64,000 nucleotides of DNA from an uncultured euryarchaeote (GCA_937915175.1 CALDNA010000052.1:25150-89149), one strand, 5' to 3'. Shown: positions 36,843 to 47,356, numbered from the stretch's first letter. Notes: generated by a model from the letters alone, not told the origin. Numbers and translations: made by a program.

Positions 36843-38228
36843 ATGTCAAGCACACCGCTCGATGAACACCTAAGCGAAGCCGAGCCGGTTTTGCCAAACG
36901 ATGTATACTCGAAGGCCGAAAAAGCAGCGATTTGGCTGTGCCTGGCGTTCATCGCCCTCATCGTCTGTGGTCTGGTTTTGGCCAACGAAGCGGTTTGGGA
37001 GAATGGACTCAAACCAATTGTTTGGGATCCGGTAATGAAGGACGCAGGTGTGGCTGGAGATGCTGGCTACACCCCCCAGAACACCGCAATCTACACCGGG
37101 ACAATGCTCGTCTGCGTCGTGACTCTACAAGCGCTGTTTCGCAAAGCGGACCTCCCATGCGACGATCGCATGACGGTTGCCCTCGTAGCATGGGTGTGTT
37201 TAGCACCGGTGTTGCGGGTGTTGGAAGACGCTGACTTTTTCTCTCAAGACATGGATGTATTGTTTATTTCACCGTTGATTCATCTGCACCTCGCTGCATG
37301 GTTGATTTTTATCGCCGGTCTCTCCCAGTGGCTCGCTGGGAAATGGGACGGTGCCACAACCGATCAGGAAGAAACGAAGGTGGTCAAGGCCCTTCTTCCA
37401 ATTCTGTTAATTGCGCTGCTGTTCCATTGGGGCATGTTGTATCAGCCCGCCTATCTGGATCATGAAAACATGGGTCGGACTTGGTTAACAATCGGCACCA
37501 TCGCCTCTTTTGCAGTGCTCATTGGTACCATGTTGAAAACTCGTCATTGGCCTGCAATGACTCGCAGCATGCTCTCGTTTGGTTTAGCAGCTGTCGTGTT
37601 GGGATTGGGCCATTGGGCTCAGTTCCTTTCCACACCTTGGGCTCAAGAGAGTTCTCGCGTGCTGGAAGAGGCACCCATTTGGCCTTTGTTCGTCGTATTA
37701 GGAATTCCCGCAGTTGTTTGCGTTGTTCTCTACAGAGCAGGCATTGAAGACTTACGTCAGCTTCGATTGTGTGGATTTGAAGCGGGTGTGCTCCCTGAAG
37801 GCGTCCGATTGGACACTTGGGATAATGCCGGAGAACTTGTTGACTCCCACCCCATCTCCCTTTTGTCGAAGCGAGGTCTGCTCGCGACCCCAATGGTCCT
37901 CGCTATGGTGTACGGTCAATTATGCGACGGTTTCGCAACCATGGTTGGTATTGATTCGTTTGGCTATGGTGAAAAGCACCCAGTGAGCAACGAAGTGATT
38001 CAACTCGGCGGTCGGCTTAACGATTCAATTGGCATCGAATACGGTGAGGGCGCTTGGCTCTTTACGCTCGTCAAAGCGGTGCTGATCGGTGCCATTGTCT
38101 GGCTTTTTGCTGAGATGAGGGTTGAACAACGTCAACGTCACCTGCGCCTTCTGATTGTTCTGGCAGTGTTGATTGTTGGACTCGCACCGGGCTTGCGAGA
38201 CATCGGACGATTGACCCTTGGTGTTTGA
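36843..38228 (+). CDS. Polytopic integral membrane protein; the C-terminal half is reminiscent of archaeal DUF63
   Basis: At least 9 hydrophobic helices. The segment YGQLCDGFATMVGIDSFGYGEKHPVSN resembles DUF63, from memory only. Confidence 0.5.
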   Translation: MSSTPLDEHLSEAEPVLPNDVYSKAEKAAIWLCLAFIALIVCGLVLANEAVWENGLKPIVWDPVMKDAGVAGDAGYTPQNTAIYTGTMLVCVVTLQALFRKADLPCDDRMTVALVAWVCLAPVLRVLEDADFFSQDMDVLFISPLIHLHLAAWLIFIAGLSQWLAGKWDGATTDQEETKVVKALLPILLIALLFHWGMLYQPAYLDHENMGRTWLTIGTIASFAVLIGTMLKTRHWPAMTRSMLSFGLAAVVLGLGHWAQFLSTPWAQESSRVLEEAPIWPLFVVLGIPAVVCVVLYRAGIEDLRQLRLCGFEAGVLPEGVRLDTWDNAGELVDSHPISLLSKRGLLATPMVLAMVYGQLCDGFATMVGIDSFGYGEKHPVSNEVIQLGGRLNDSIGIEYGEGAWLFTLVKAVLIGAIVWLFAEMRVEQRQRHLRLLIVLAVLIVGLAPGLRDIGRLTLGV

Positions 38229-38296
38229 TTCGCACGATGAATGAATTGTAATAGGGTTAAATGTCGCCCCCACCTGCCTTCAAAGGAGGGGTGGAA

Positions 38297-39907
38297 ATGG
38301 ACCGATTGCCAACACGAGTGAATCGAGCCGACCCAGACTTCTCGGAGCGCAAGACCTTCAATGCTCATTTGATTGAGACGCTCAAAGAACGACTTGAAGT
38401 CGCATCCATGGGTGGTGGAGGCAAATACGTCGAACGCCATCGCAGCCGTGGTAAACTTCTGGCCCGAGAACGCATCGAACAGATCATCGATCCAGGGACG
38501 GCGTTTCTGGAACTATCACCGCTCGCTGCTTACGAGTTGTACGACGGCCGAGCGCACTCTGCTGGCATTGTAACAGGAGTCGGAATGGTCCACGGCAGAG
38601 AATGCTTGTTTGTAGCCAATGATGCAACGGTGAAAGGTGGCTCATATTATCCAATGACGGTGAAAAAGCACATCCGAGCTCAAACAATTGCTCACGAAAA
38701 TAATCTTCCCTGCATTTACCTCGTTGATTCGGGAGGGGCATTCCTGCCCATGCAAGACGAAGTGTTCCCTGACATCGGTCATTTTGGTCGCATTTTTAGA
38801 AACCAAGCTCGAATGTCGGGCGATAAAATCCCTCAAATCGCAGCCGTGCTTGGCTCCTGCACCGCCGGAGGGGCGTATGTCCCAGCCATGTCTGATGAAT
38901 CGATCATCGTCAAAGGCAACGGCACCATTTTCTTGGCTGGCCCACCCTTGGTCAAGGCCGCCACCGGTGAAGAAGTCACGGCGGAGGAACTCGGCGGTGC
39001 TGAAGTTCACACCGTTCAATCCGGCGTTGCCGACCACTTTGCAGAAGATGAACCGGAGGCGCTTCGGATGGTCCGTAATGTCGTTGAAAACATTGGGCCT
39101 CGCACACTTGCACCCGCTGCAAGCGCTCCTTTGGAAGCGCCTGCTCACGACATCGAAGACCTTCTTGGCCTCATTCCGAGCGACAACCGTACGCCTGTGG
39201 ACATTAAGGAAATCATCGCTCGAATTGTTGATGGCTCCCGTTTCCACGAATTCAAGGCTCGCTATGGCACCACCTTGGTGTGTGGCTTTGCACACATCCA
39301 CGGGCATAAGGTGGGGATTGTTGCCAACAACGGAATTTTGTTTTCAGAATCCTCTCTCAAAGGGGCGCACTTTGTAGAATTGTGTGGTCAGCGTGGCATC
39401 CCACTTGTCTTCCTCCAGAACATCACCGGTTTTATGGTCGGCAAGGCCTACGAAGCGGGTGGCATCGCCAAGGATGGTGCAAAACTTGTCACCGCGGTTT
39501 CCTGCGTGAACGTCCCTAAGTTCACCGTGATCATCGGTGGCTCTCACGGCGCTGGAAATTACGGAATGTGCGGCAGGGCTTACGACCCTCGATTCCTCTT
39601 CATGTGGCCCAACAGCCGTATTTCGGTGATGGGTGGCCCACAAGCAGCAGATGTTCTCACTACGGTGAAGCAAGATCAACGCGCTCGTGAAGGACTGGAG
39701 CCCATGGAAGGTGAAGAACTCCATGCTTTCCGTGCACCAATTCTTGAACAATATGAAACTGAAGGCAGCCCATATTATTCGACCGCTCGACTTTGGGACG
39801 ATGGCATCATCGACCCTAGAGACACAAGGGATGTCCTTGGCTTGTGCATTGCAACCGCCAGGAATGCGCCCCTTCCAAACGACCGATTCGGTGTTTTCCG
39901 AATGTGA
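38297..39907 (+). CDS. Methylcrotonyl-CoA carboxylase beta (carboxyltransferase) subunit
   Basis: AGGAGGGGTG precedes the [79 protein letters not shown]. Confidence 0.9.
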   Translation: MDRLPTRVNRADPDFSERKTFNAHLIETLKERLEVASMGGGGKYVERHRSRGKLLARERIEQIIDPGTAFLELSPLAAYELYDGRAHSAGIVTGVGMVHGRECLFVANDATVKGGSYYPMTVKKHIRAQTIAHENNLPCIYLVDSGGAFLPMQDEVFPDIGHFGRIFRNQARMSGDKIPQIAAVLGSCTAGGAYVPAMSDESIIVKGNGTIFLAGPPLVKAATGEEVTAEELGGAEVHTVQSGVADHFAEDEPEALRMVRNVVENIGPRTLAPAASAPLEAPAHDIEDLLGLIPSDNRTPVDIKEIIARIVDGSRFHEFKARYGTTLVCGFAHIHGHKVGIVANNGILFSESSLKGAHFVELCGQRGIPLVFLQNITGFMVGKAYEAGGIAKDGAKLVTAVSCVNVPKFTVIIGGSHGAGNYGMCGRAYDPRFLFMWPNSRISVMGGPQAADVLTTVKQDQRAREGLEPMEGEELHAFRAPILEQYETEGSPYYSTARLWDDGIIDPRDTRDVLGLCIATARNAPLPNDRFGVFRM

Positions 39908-39951
39908 TGAAGTCCAATTGGAAAATAAAAAATGCAATTGGAGATTTTACG

Positions 39952-40809
39952 ATGAAAACCATGGATAACCCCCCGCTCACCACGCTGGTTACGATGACCA
40001 TTGATGGCTCACGAGCAAACTTGCGGCTCAACCGCGAGGACAAGTTCAACGCGCTCAACGTTCAAATGATCACAGAACTGTGTGATTTGCTTGATTGGAC
40101 TGCAGAACGCAGCGCAGGGCGATTGGAATCCTTAGTGGATGAAAACGGCGCCCCTTACCTTCGCAGCATCGTTCTTTCAGGCGCAGGACGCCACTTTTGT
40201 GCGGGCGCTGACATCAACATGATGCGCGACGCTGGTGCGAACACGCCAGAAGAGAACCGAGCCGACTCCAAACGCCTTGACCGCCTTTTCAACAGCCTAT
40301 GGGCACACCCCTGCTTCACCGTGGGCGCTATCCAGGGCGTTGCTCTTGGTGGTGGCGCTGGCTTGGTGGCTTGCCTCGATCACGTTGTCGCAACAGCCAA
40401 CATCAAACTCGCTCTTTCGGAAGGGAAACTTGGGATTCTGCCCGCCGTGATTGGGCCTTATGTGTACCGTCGATTGGGTTCAGCCTGCTTCCGGCGACTT
40501 GCCATGCAAGCCAGCCGTGTGGGTGCAGAAGAAGCACTTCGTACCGGCTTTATCGAACAGGTTGTCGAACATACGGAAGCGCTGGAAGGCGCTGTCCAAT
40601 CCTTGTTGGACGAGGTGCTCACCACGGGACCATGCGCCGTTACCTTGGCCAAGGAACTCACTTTGAATTTCGACCGTTGGACCGATTCGGACGCCGATTT
40701 GCGCGATTGGACATTGGACTTTACCAGCAAGATGAGAGGCTCCAACGAAGGGCAAGAAGGCCTTTCTTCGTTCCTTGAGAAGCGCTCAGCAAACTGGAAA
40801 CCAGAGTGA
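39952..40809 (+). CDS. Enoyl-CoA hydratase/crotonase family (likely methylglutaconyl-CoA hydratase)
   Basis: NREDKFNALN, SGAGRHFCAGADI, GVALGGGAGLVACLD. An alternative start at 39907 (TGATG overlap) would add a Lys-rich leader. Confidence 0.85.
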   Translation: MKTMDNPPLTTLVTMTIDGSRANLRLNREDKFNALNVQMITELCDLLDWTAERSAGRLESLVDENGAPYLRSIVLSGAGRHFCAGADINMMRDAGANTPEENRADSKRLDRLFNSLWAHPCFTVGAIQGVALGGGAGLVACLDHVVATANIKLALSEGKLGILPAVIGPYVYRRLGSACFRRLAMQASRVGAEEALRTGFIEQVVEHTEALEGAVQSLLDEVLTTGPCAVTLAKELTLNFDRWTDSDADLRDWTLDFTSKMRGSNEGQEGLSSFLEKRSANWKPE

Positions 40810-40822
40810 AGGAGAGGTCTCA

Positions 40823-42325
40823 ATGGTCAGCAAGGTTTTGGTTGCAAACCGAGGGGAAATCGCATGTCGAATTCTCAGGGCGTGCAACGAAGCCGGTCTA
40901 GCAAGCGTCGCCATTTACGCTGAGAACGATGCGTCTTCCATGTTCATTGAACTGGCAACTGAAGCGGTCCAACTCAACGGCGACACCATCGCTTCAACCT
41001 ACCTCGACCAGCAACAGATTCTCTCGATCGCCGCCTCAACGGGAGCCGATGCTATCCATCCTGGCTTTGGATTCCTCTCCGAGCGGGCTGACTTCGCCAG
41101 AGCTGTGGGTCAAGCAGGCTTGCAATGGATCGGTCCAAGCCCAGAAGCCATTGAACAGATGGGCGATAAAATGACGGCTCGAATTACAATGAGGGCGGCA
41201 GGCGTTCCTGTCATCCCTGGTGAAGAGATTGAACATGAAGACGAAGCAGATGCCCTTGCAGCCATCGAATCCGCCTCCCATCGCGTCGGTTATCCAATGC
41301 TACTGAAGGCATCCTCCGGTGGTGGTGGTAAAGGCATGCGAGCCGTTCACTCACCCAGTGAACTCATCGAAGCGGCCAAGGGTGCTCGGCGGGAGGCCAT
41401 TGCGGCTTTCGGTGACGGACGGGTCTACGTCGAGCGGCTGTTGACCGGGTCGAAGCATGTTGAAATTCAAGTTCTCGCGGACCGTCACGGTCGTACAATT
41501 CACCTTGGAGAACGTGAATGCAGCGTCCAGCGCCGCCATCAGAAGGTGTTTGAAGAAGCCCCTTGCGCTACAATGACACCCGAACTTCGAGAAGCGATGG
41601 GCCAAGCAGCGGTTTCAGCAGCAGAAGCAGTTGATTACGAAGGAGCAGGTACCGTGGAATTTTTACTGGCGCCTACAGGTGAATTCTTCTTCCTCGAAAT
41701 GAACACCCGCATTCAAGTCGAACACCCTGTTACAGAACTCATCACTGGCGTCGATTTAGTGCGCGAACAACTGCGAATTGCAGCGGGTGAACCGATGTCC
41801 TGTGGGCCTTTGATGATCCGTGGCCATGCCATTGAAGTTCGCTTGTACGCTGAAGACGCCAGCAATAATTTCCTACCCGCCATCGGCCCTTTGGCTGTTT
41901 TCCGCCCGCCCGAAGGACCTGGAGTCCGCCTCGATACCGGCGTGCGAGAAGGCGATGACGTCACGCCAAATTACGATCCTATGCTAGCAAAACTGATCGT
42001 CTGGGCACCCTCGCGTTCTGAAGCGCTTGAACGAATGCGCAGGGCATTGGATGAATTTGTCGTGCTTGGTACAACAACGAACTTACGCTTTTTGCGAGAA
42101 CTATGCGATGAAGAGGAAGTGACTTCGGGCAACACCGACACCACGACCATCGATCGTCTGTGGCCAAACGGTTGGCAACCAAGCGTTCCACGTGGAATTG
42201 AAGACGCTGCTCTGATGGTGGCTGCAGTGAGTGAAAGCGCTGGCCTTCACCGTCAAGCATTCTCAACTTCAAGCGAAGAAGGGCCAATCAGTCCCTTTGC
42301 AACCCTCAATCGGAGGTTCCCTTGA
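40823..42325 (+). CDS. Biotin carboxylase subunit of an acyl-CoA carboxylase
   Basis: GGAGAGGT precedes the ATG. VLVANRGEIACRILRA, GYPMLLKASSGGGGKGMR, EMNTRIQVEHPVTE. Confidence 0.93.
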   Translation: MVSKVLVANRGEIACRILRACNEAGLASVAIYAENDASSMFIELATEAVQLNGDTIASTYLDQQQILSIAASTGADAIHPGFGFLSERADFARAVGQAGLQWIGPSPEAIEQMGDKMTARITMRAAGVPVIPGEEIEHEDEADALAAIESASHRVGYPMLLKASSGGGGKGMRAVHSPSELIEAAKGARREAIAAFGDGRVYVERLLTGSKHVEIQVLADRHGRTIHLGERECSVQRRHQKVFEEAPCATMTPELREAMGQAAVSAAEAVDYEGAGTVEFLLAPTGEFFFLEMNTRIQVEHPVTELITGVDLVREQLRIAAGEPMSCGPLMIRGHAIEVRLYAEDASNNFLPAIGPLAVFRPPEGPGVRLDTGVREGDDVTPNYDPMLAKLIVWAPSRSEALERMRRALDEFVVLGTTTNLRFLRELCDEEEVTSGNTDTTTIDRLWPNGWQPSVPRGIEDAALMVAAVSESAGLHRQAFSTSSEEGPISPFATLNRRFP

Positions 42326-42789
42326 TGCATCATCAATTCAAGAGTCCAGAAGGCCCAATCGAGGTGACGGTGGCAAAACAAGGCCAAGTTTGGTACCTCG
42401 GTGATCTTGAGGCCACGCTCATGCTTGACGGGCGCTTGCGACTCGTCAACACCAACGGCCAGGTGATGTTTGCTCACGCCGCAAAAGTAGGCGATGTATG
42501 GTGGGTTCACTGTCAAGGTCACACCTTCAATCTGGAGCGAATTGAGGCTGGGGCTACGGATTCCGATGACGGCGGTGGGCTGACCGCTCCAATGCCTGGG
42601 AAAGTACTCGAAGTGCTGGTCAGTGTTGGCCAGAACGTGACGGCAGGTACAACGCTCATGATTCTTGAAGCAATGAAAATGGAACACCGTATCGTTGCTG
42701 CAACCGACGGTCTTGTGCGCGCTGTGAACTTCAGCGCTGGGGATCAAGTGGAACAGGGCGTTGCCTTGCTCGCCCTCGATGAATCATGA
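42322..42789 (+). CDS. Biotin carboxyl carrier protein (biotinyl domain)
   Basis: ATGA overlap with the upstream gene. APMPGKVLEV, biotinylation motif LEAMKMEH. Confidence 0.85.
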   Translation: MMHHQFKSPEGPIEVTVAKQGQVWYLGDLEATLMLDGRLRLVNTNGQVMFAHAAKVGDVWWVHCQGHTFNLERIEAGATDSDDGGGLTAPMPGKVLEVLVSVGQNVTAGTTLMILEAMKMEHRIVAATDGLVRAVNFSAGDQVEQGVALLALDES

Positions 42790-43665
42790 AGGGACCTGGC
42801 GCCAATCGCCAGAATCAATCCGTCGGCTTTTTTCAATCTCAGATCCGTACATGTACGTCCATGCCCATTCAGTTTTCGACCCAACTTGAACTTCAATCAA
42901 GGTGCGCTTAAACAATGAGTTCTTGGCATTGAATCCGTAGAAACCTTCCACCCTGTCGAGCGATTGTAGGCTAAGGAAGACATCGCTCAAACGATGCAAT
43001 TCCCCACTCACTCGCCCGTTGGAACTTGGTAACATCCCTGGGTAGTCGCCCAAGACATAGATCTCTCCTTGAGCGGTTGCAGCGCGAGCTTCGCCATCGG
43101 AGTGTTGGGCAAGTGTTGGATGTCGCACTTCTCCTTGCATCAGCGTGCCGTAGACAAACAGGTGATTCACGGGATAAGAAAAGTCAGAATCTTCAATTGC
43201 TCTTTTTAAATCTCCAATTGGAAGATTTCGCTTGATTAAACCGCCTTCAATCAACCCCGCATAGTATGCAGTTGGGGGCACATAGCTTCCTCTTTTGTTT
43301 GATTGCAATCGGTAGGTGATCGCTTTGACACCGCGGCCATCAGGCATCAGAACTTCCACTTCAGTCCGCTTGTAGGTGTTCGGATGGCCTTCTTTTCGGT
43401 CCATGTTGGCCCACGCTTGCTCGTTCAATTTGTAGAGAACACCCGGAACGGCATGGCCGCATCCTGCAGGCACTACGTCTGCAGCACCACCTTCCCTGCG
43501 GAATGATCGGTAGTGGAATTTTAGTCGGTGGTCGGGCAACCAACACGGGCCTATCTCTTCAACGCCGGTTGGATCGATCTTCTTTTCTTCACACCAAATG
43601 TTCCAATCGTCAGCATCGAGGTTCGAACCGTATCCAAAGTAGAGGGTTGTAGCATCTTGTGTCAT
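42784..43665 (-). CDS. Tandem gamma-glutamylcyclotransferase/AIG2-like domain protein
   Basis: LYFGYGSNLDADDW (first domain) and LFVYGTLMQGEVRH (second domain). Confidence 0.7.
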   Translation of the reverse strand: MTQDATTLYFGYGSNLDADDWNIWCEEKKIDPTGVEEIGPCWLPDHRLKFHYRSFRREGGAADVVPAGCGHAVPGVLYKLNEQAWANMDRKEGHPNTYKRTEVEVLMPDGRGVKAITYRLQSNKRGSYVPPTAYYAGLIEGGLIKRNLPIGDLKRAIEDSDFSYPVNHLFVYGTLMQGEVRHPTLAQHSDGEARAATAQGEIYVLGDYPGMLPSSNGRVSGELHRLSDVFLSLQSLDRVEGFYGFNAKNSLFKRTLIEVQVGSKTEWAWTYMYGSEIEKSRRIDSGDWRQVPS

Positions 43666-43704
43666 GTAGTGAACAACGCTTCCACCCTATATCAAACCGC
43701 TCAT

Positions 43705-44997
43705 TTAGCCCCAAGGGCAAGGCTCGAGGACGGTTTGGCCGCCCATATGTGGTTGCAAGACTTCTGGAATACGAACTCGCCCGTCTTCCAATTGATTCTG
43801 TTCCATGATCGCCACCAGCGCACGTGAGGTTGCGACTGCGGTTGAATTGAGGGTGTGGGCAATTGGTTGACCAGCGTGACCTGGTTGACCGTATCGGATT
43901 TGCAATCGGTTGGCTTGATAGTCGGTGCAATTTGAACACGACACGATTTCCTTGTATTGGTTCGCCCCTGGTATCCAAGCCTCGAGGTCGTACTTTCGTG
44001 CAGCAACGGTTCCCATGTCCCCTGTGCAAATGTTGACCACTTCGTAGTGCATGCCCAATGCATCCCACAGATCGATGCAGTTTTGGAGCAATTCTTCTTG
44101 AAGTTCCCACGACTGTTCAGGGGTGGCAATGATGATTTGCTCGATCTTCGTAAATTGATGAACCCGCCAAATCCCAAGGTCGGATTGGCCGTGTGAACCA
44201 ACTTCTCTTCGGAAGCATGGAGAGGCACCAACAATCCTCAATGGAAGGTCTGATTCAGGGATTGTTTCTCCCATGAACATTGCCGTAAGGGGGTGTTCTG
44301 CGGTCGCAATCATGTAGTAATTATCAGGTTCAACCCCGTACATCACTGTTTCAAAATCAGAAAGATCAGTCACGCCTTCGTACGCCTCTCTGTTCATCAT
44401 GACGGGCGGTTGGACGAAGGTGTACCCGCGCTGGCGAATGAAATCAACAGCGTACTGCTGGAGTGCGAATTCCAAGCGAGCTAAATCGCCTTTCAGGAAA
44501 AAGAAACGACTGCCCGCAATTTTGGCTGCTCGTTTGAGGTCAACCCACTTATTCGCCTCAATCAGTTCGTTGTGAGTCTTAGGTTCAAACGAGAATTCTG
44601 GTTTGATGCCATGCACGCTGTGAACCGTGTTTCCTGACTCATCAGCACCTTCGGGGACCGTTTCATGCAGGATATTTGGGATGCGCATGCGAAGGGTATC
44701 CCGCTCTGCAACCGCTTGCTCCGTTTTTTCTTCGAGCACTGCAATTTGGGCACCGAGGTCAGCAACTTCAGCCAAAATACGTTGAGCAGCGTCTTCATCT
44801 CCTGACTTCTTAGCGGCGCCTATGCCGCGTGCGGCAGCGTTCTTTGTAGCGCGCAGTTGATTGGTTTCGTGTTGGAGGTTGATCCATGATTGGTCCAATT
44901 CAATGACCCTGTCAATGTTGTCATGCGGAATTCCACGCTTGTCGTGATCCTTTCGGATGATTTCTGGAGTTGTTCTAAACATGTTGATATCAAGCAT
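43705..44997 (-). CDS. serS: Seryl-tRNA synthetase
   Basis: MLDINMFR N-terminal coiled coil. Class II motifs: FRREVGSHG, TAEHPL, LNSTAVATSRALVAI. Internal ATG at 44997 chosen. Confidence 0.95.
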   Translation of the reverse strand: MLDINMFRTTPEIIRKDHDKRGIPHDNIDRVIELDQSWINLQHETNQLRATKNAAARGIGAAKKSGDEDAAQRILAEVADLGAQIAVLEEKTEQAVAERDTLRMRIPNILHETVPEGADESGNTVHSVHGIKPEFSFEPKTHNELIEANKWVDLKRAAKIAGSRFFFLKGDLARLEFALQQYAVDFIRQRGYTFVQPPVMMNREAYEGVTDLSDFETVMYGVEPDNYYMIATAEHPLTAMFMGETIPESDLPLRIVGASPCFRREVGSHGQSDLGIWRVHQFTKIEQIIIATPEQSWELQEELLQNCIDLWDALGMHYEVVNICTGDMGTVAARKYDLEAWIPGANQYKEIVSCSNCTDYQANRLQIRYGQPGHAGQPIAHTLNSTAVATSRALVAIMEQNQLEDGRVRIPEVLQPHMGGQTVLEPCPWG

Positions 44998-45007
44998 AAG
45001 AATCACC

Positions 45008-47221
45008 TCAAAACGATATTCCAAAGTCAAAGATAGCGGAACCAACGAAGATGTAGCCACCGATGATGTACCCGAGGATTGAGCCCCCGTTGAGAAGCGG
45101 AAGGCCAGCTTGGGCACGGCCACGCGCTACGTAAGTCATCAATGCAAAGTAGCCCACTAAACCGCCCACGAGGGTTGACATGGCCACCGCAAAAGCGCCG
45201 CTGTGGTCCAACCACTGGGCGGCTGAAAGCACAAGCATGCCGGGGAAAATCACATCACCAAGACCCATGAACATTGCATCTTTGGATTTTTTCTTTGGGA
45301 TTCCATCGGATTTTGCTCGAGGCTGAGGTGCGCTGCCCTGCTTCATTGAACTCGTTTCGTCAACAAAGGAATATCCTTTTTCTTGTGGTGCAACAAGCAG
45401 GATTGGAAGGCGCAGCCCAATCATTGTATCAGCCAAGTCAAGCATGTGCTTCGATTTGTAAACAGCCCATGCGTCGTAGATTGCGGCTGCAATCATGAAC
45501 ACGATGATGAGGGTTGGAACGAAGGCGACACCGAGCATCACCACGACACCAGATCCGACAAGAACACCAACGGTGTTGACGACATACCACTCACTGTGGA
45601 CATAGAGCAAAATCATCAACGCCAGAGCGACGAGCACGCCGAGGATCAGCGGGACATCATACAACTGGAGACCGCTTACTACGTCCATATCCGAAGTGAT
45701 GACGCCAGTCTCAACGGTTGTTGTTTCGTTGTGATAGAGTGCGTTATAGTGCGTTGCACCGTCTTCATCGATCGAGAACCATCCAGTTTGGAAGTCTTGG
45801 TTTGCATCCAGGCTGATTTTGTCCAACAATGATGTTGTCCACAACCAGTGAGTGCTGCTTTCGGTTGTCAGCAGCATGTCGCTGTAACCCGAAGCATCTC
45901 GGTCAGAAAGTCGGACAGATTGGATGGTTTCTCCAAATCCAGTGAGTTTCATTGCCTCTTGTTCACTGAATTCCTCCTCCAATGTGGCGTTCCACTCATA
46001 GCCTCGTACGTCGCCGTTCTCTTCGCCGAGCAAGATCAAACCTTCCGCTGAGGAGGCTTTGTCCATCGCTGTGGTCGACCAAGGCGAAGGGCCGAAATCA
46101 GCAGAAGTTAACGCACTCACAGCATCATGCTGGAAGAGCACGGTGGCAAAGTTATCGACTTCAGGAAGTGCTGGATTAAATGCTGGTGCGGTTTTTTCGA
46201 GCAGGATTACAGCCGCCATGTTCGGGGTGGCAATCAAGACCTTATCCTCGGCGATCACTTCAGCATGAAGCGTGCCCAAATGAGCGTCCAAACCAACTGG
46301 GAGTCGCCAAGTGGCTTGCTTCACCATTTGGCCGGGGCTGTCGTCAAAGGTATTGAAACGGTGAAGGAAATTCCCTTGGTCAACGATGTACATGGCCTCA
46401 TTGGTGTGGAAAGCAAGGCTACAGGCCGTACCGATGCTTGGCATGAATTCTGTGTAGGTTTCATTGTTGTCGTTCACTGAAACCTGATGGCAAGTGAATG
46501 AATCAACGGTTTCTCCGGTTGCTGCATCAACATACCACACCCACGCCCCGTTTGTGAAGGTGAACACACCTTGGCCAACTGTCGCTTGGATGCCATCTGC
46601 TTGCCCGGATGGGAATCGCTCGTGGCTGCTGGTCCACAGAGGTTCACCAGTGGACATGTTGTGGTTTTGGTAGAAACTAATGTTATCGCCCCATGTCCCT
46701 TCCCCACCGGTGACTTCGCTCATCAAATGACCATCGAGGCCGGCATGGCTAAGGTACGTTGCTTCGAACTCTTGGGTGCCTTCAACGGCGTATGGCTCGG
46801 CTTCCAAATCAATCATCACCATGTGGGCTAAAGGCACGGTTGAGTACATCAATGCGAGGGCTAGAACCCCCATGATTCCGTACTTGATGATCCATTCTTT
46901 CTTGTATTTGGCAAGGGCTAAAATGCAGGCTGTGAAGATAAAAATCATCACCAGTTCCAGAGCGATGTACCGCACCTGAGTGGCTCCGGATTCACCAAAA
47001 GCATGCAAACCTGCGACATCGTACCAAGGCCGGATAAACAGGCCAATGGCGATGGTGAGGATGAACATCCCCATCATACCCAACATCGAAGTCATTTGCT
47101 CTTTCATCATCGTGAGCAGGCTGTCTTCAGCACGAAGTTCTGCCTGAACAGCCTCGAATTCCTTGGATGGGGTTTTCCCCATCTTTTTTCCAGAAACCGA
47201 GGTGGTCTGCTCGTTGCTCAT
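45008..47221 (-). CDS. Presenilin/signal-peptide-peptidase-like GxGD intramembrane aspartyl protease with a ~370-aa extracytoplasmic insertion
   Basis: YD at nt 45473-45478 (AAIYDAWAVYK), GLGD at 45254-45265 (FMGLGDVIFPGML), PAL-like GLPLLNGG. TM helices flank a large soluble domain (aa ~150-520). Confidence 0.7.
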   Translation of the reverse strand: MSNEQTTSVSGKKMGKTPSKEFEAVQAELRAEDSLLTMMKEQMTSMLGMMGMFILTIAIGLFIRPWYDVAGLHAFGESGATQVRYIALELVMIFIFTACILALAKYKKEWIIKYGIMGVLALALMYSTVPLAHMVMIDLEAEPYAVEGTQEFEATYLSHAGLDGHLMSEVTGGEGTWGDNISFYQNHNMSTGEPLWTSSHERFPSGQADGIQATVGQGVFTFTNGAWVWYVDAATGETVDSFTCHQVSVNDNNETYTEFMPSIGTACSLAFHTNEAMYIVDQGNFLHRFNTFDDSPGQMVKQATWRLPVGLDAHLGTLHAEVIAEDKVLIATPNMAAVILLEKTAPAFNPALPEVDNFATVLFQHDAVSALTSADFGPSPWSTTAMDKASSAEGLILLGEENGDVRGYEWNATLEEEFSEQEAMKLTGFGETIQSVRLSDRDASGYSDMLLTTESSTHWLWTTSLLDKISLDANQDFQTGWFSIDEDGATHYNALYHNETTTVETGVITSDMDVVSGLQLYDVPLILGVLVALALMILLYVHSEWYVVNTVGVLVGSGVVVMLGVAFVPTLIIVFMIAAAIYDAWAVYKSKHMLDLADTMIGLRLPILLVAPQEKGYSFVDETSSMKQGSAPQPRAKSDGIPKKKSKDAMFMGLGDVIFPGMLVLSAAQWLDHSGAFAVAMSTLVGGLVGYFALMTYVARGRAQAGLPLLNGGSILGYIIGGYIFVGSAIFDFGISF

Positions 47222-47356
47222 GGTTCATCGGAGGCTGCGTTCCCATATCAGCATGGTGTCTCTACACGCCCCCTACGGGGGCGAATGAACCTCCGTTCAT
47301 ACCGAAGGAAAGAGGCTTTCACCGGAGGGGTGGTGCTTGGACCAGAGGGGGAACCA

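Noticed and set aside
47003-47356. N-terminal extension of the folC ORF
   Set aside because: It overlaps the start of the presenilin-like gene on the other strand and has no FolC similarity. Mur-ligase homology begins after ATG 47357.
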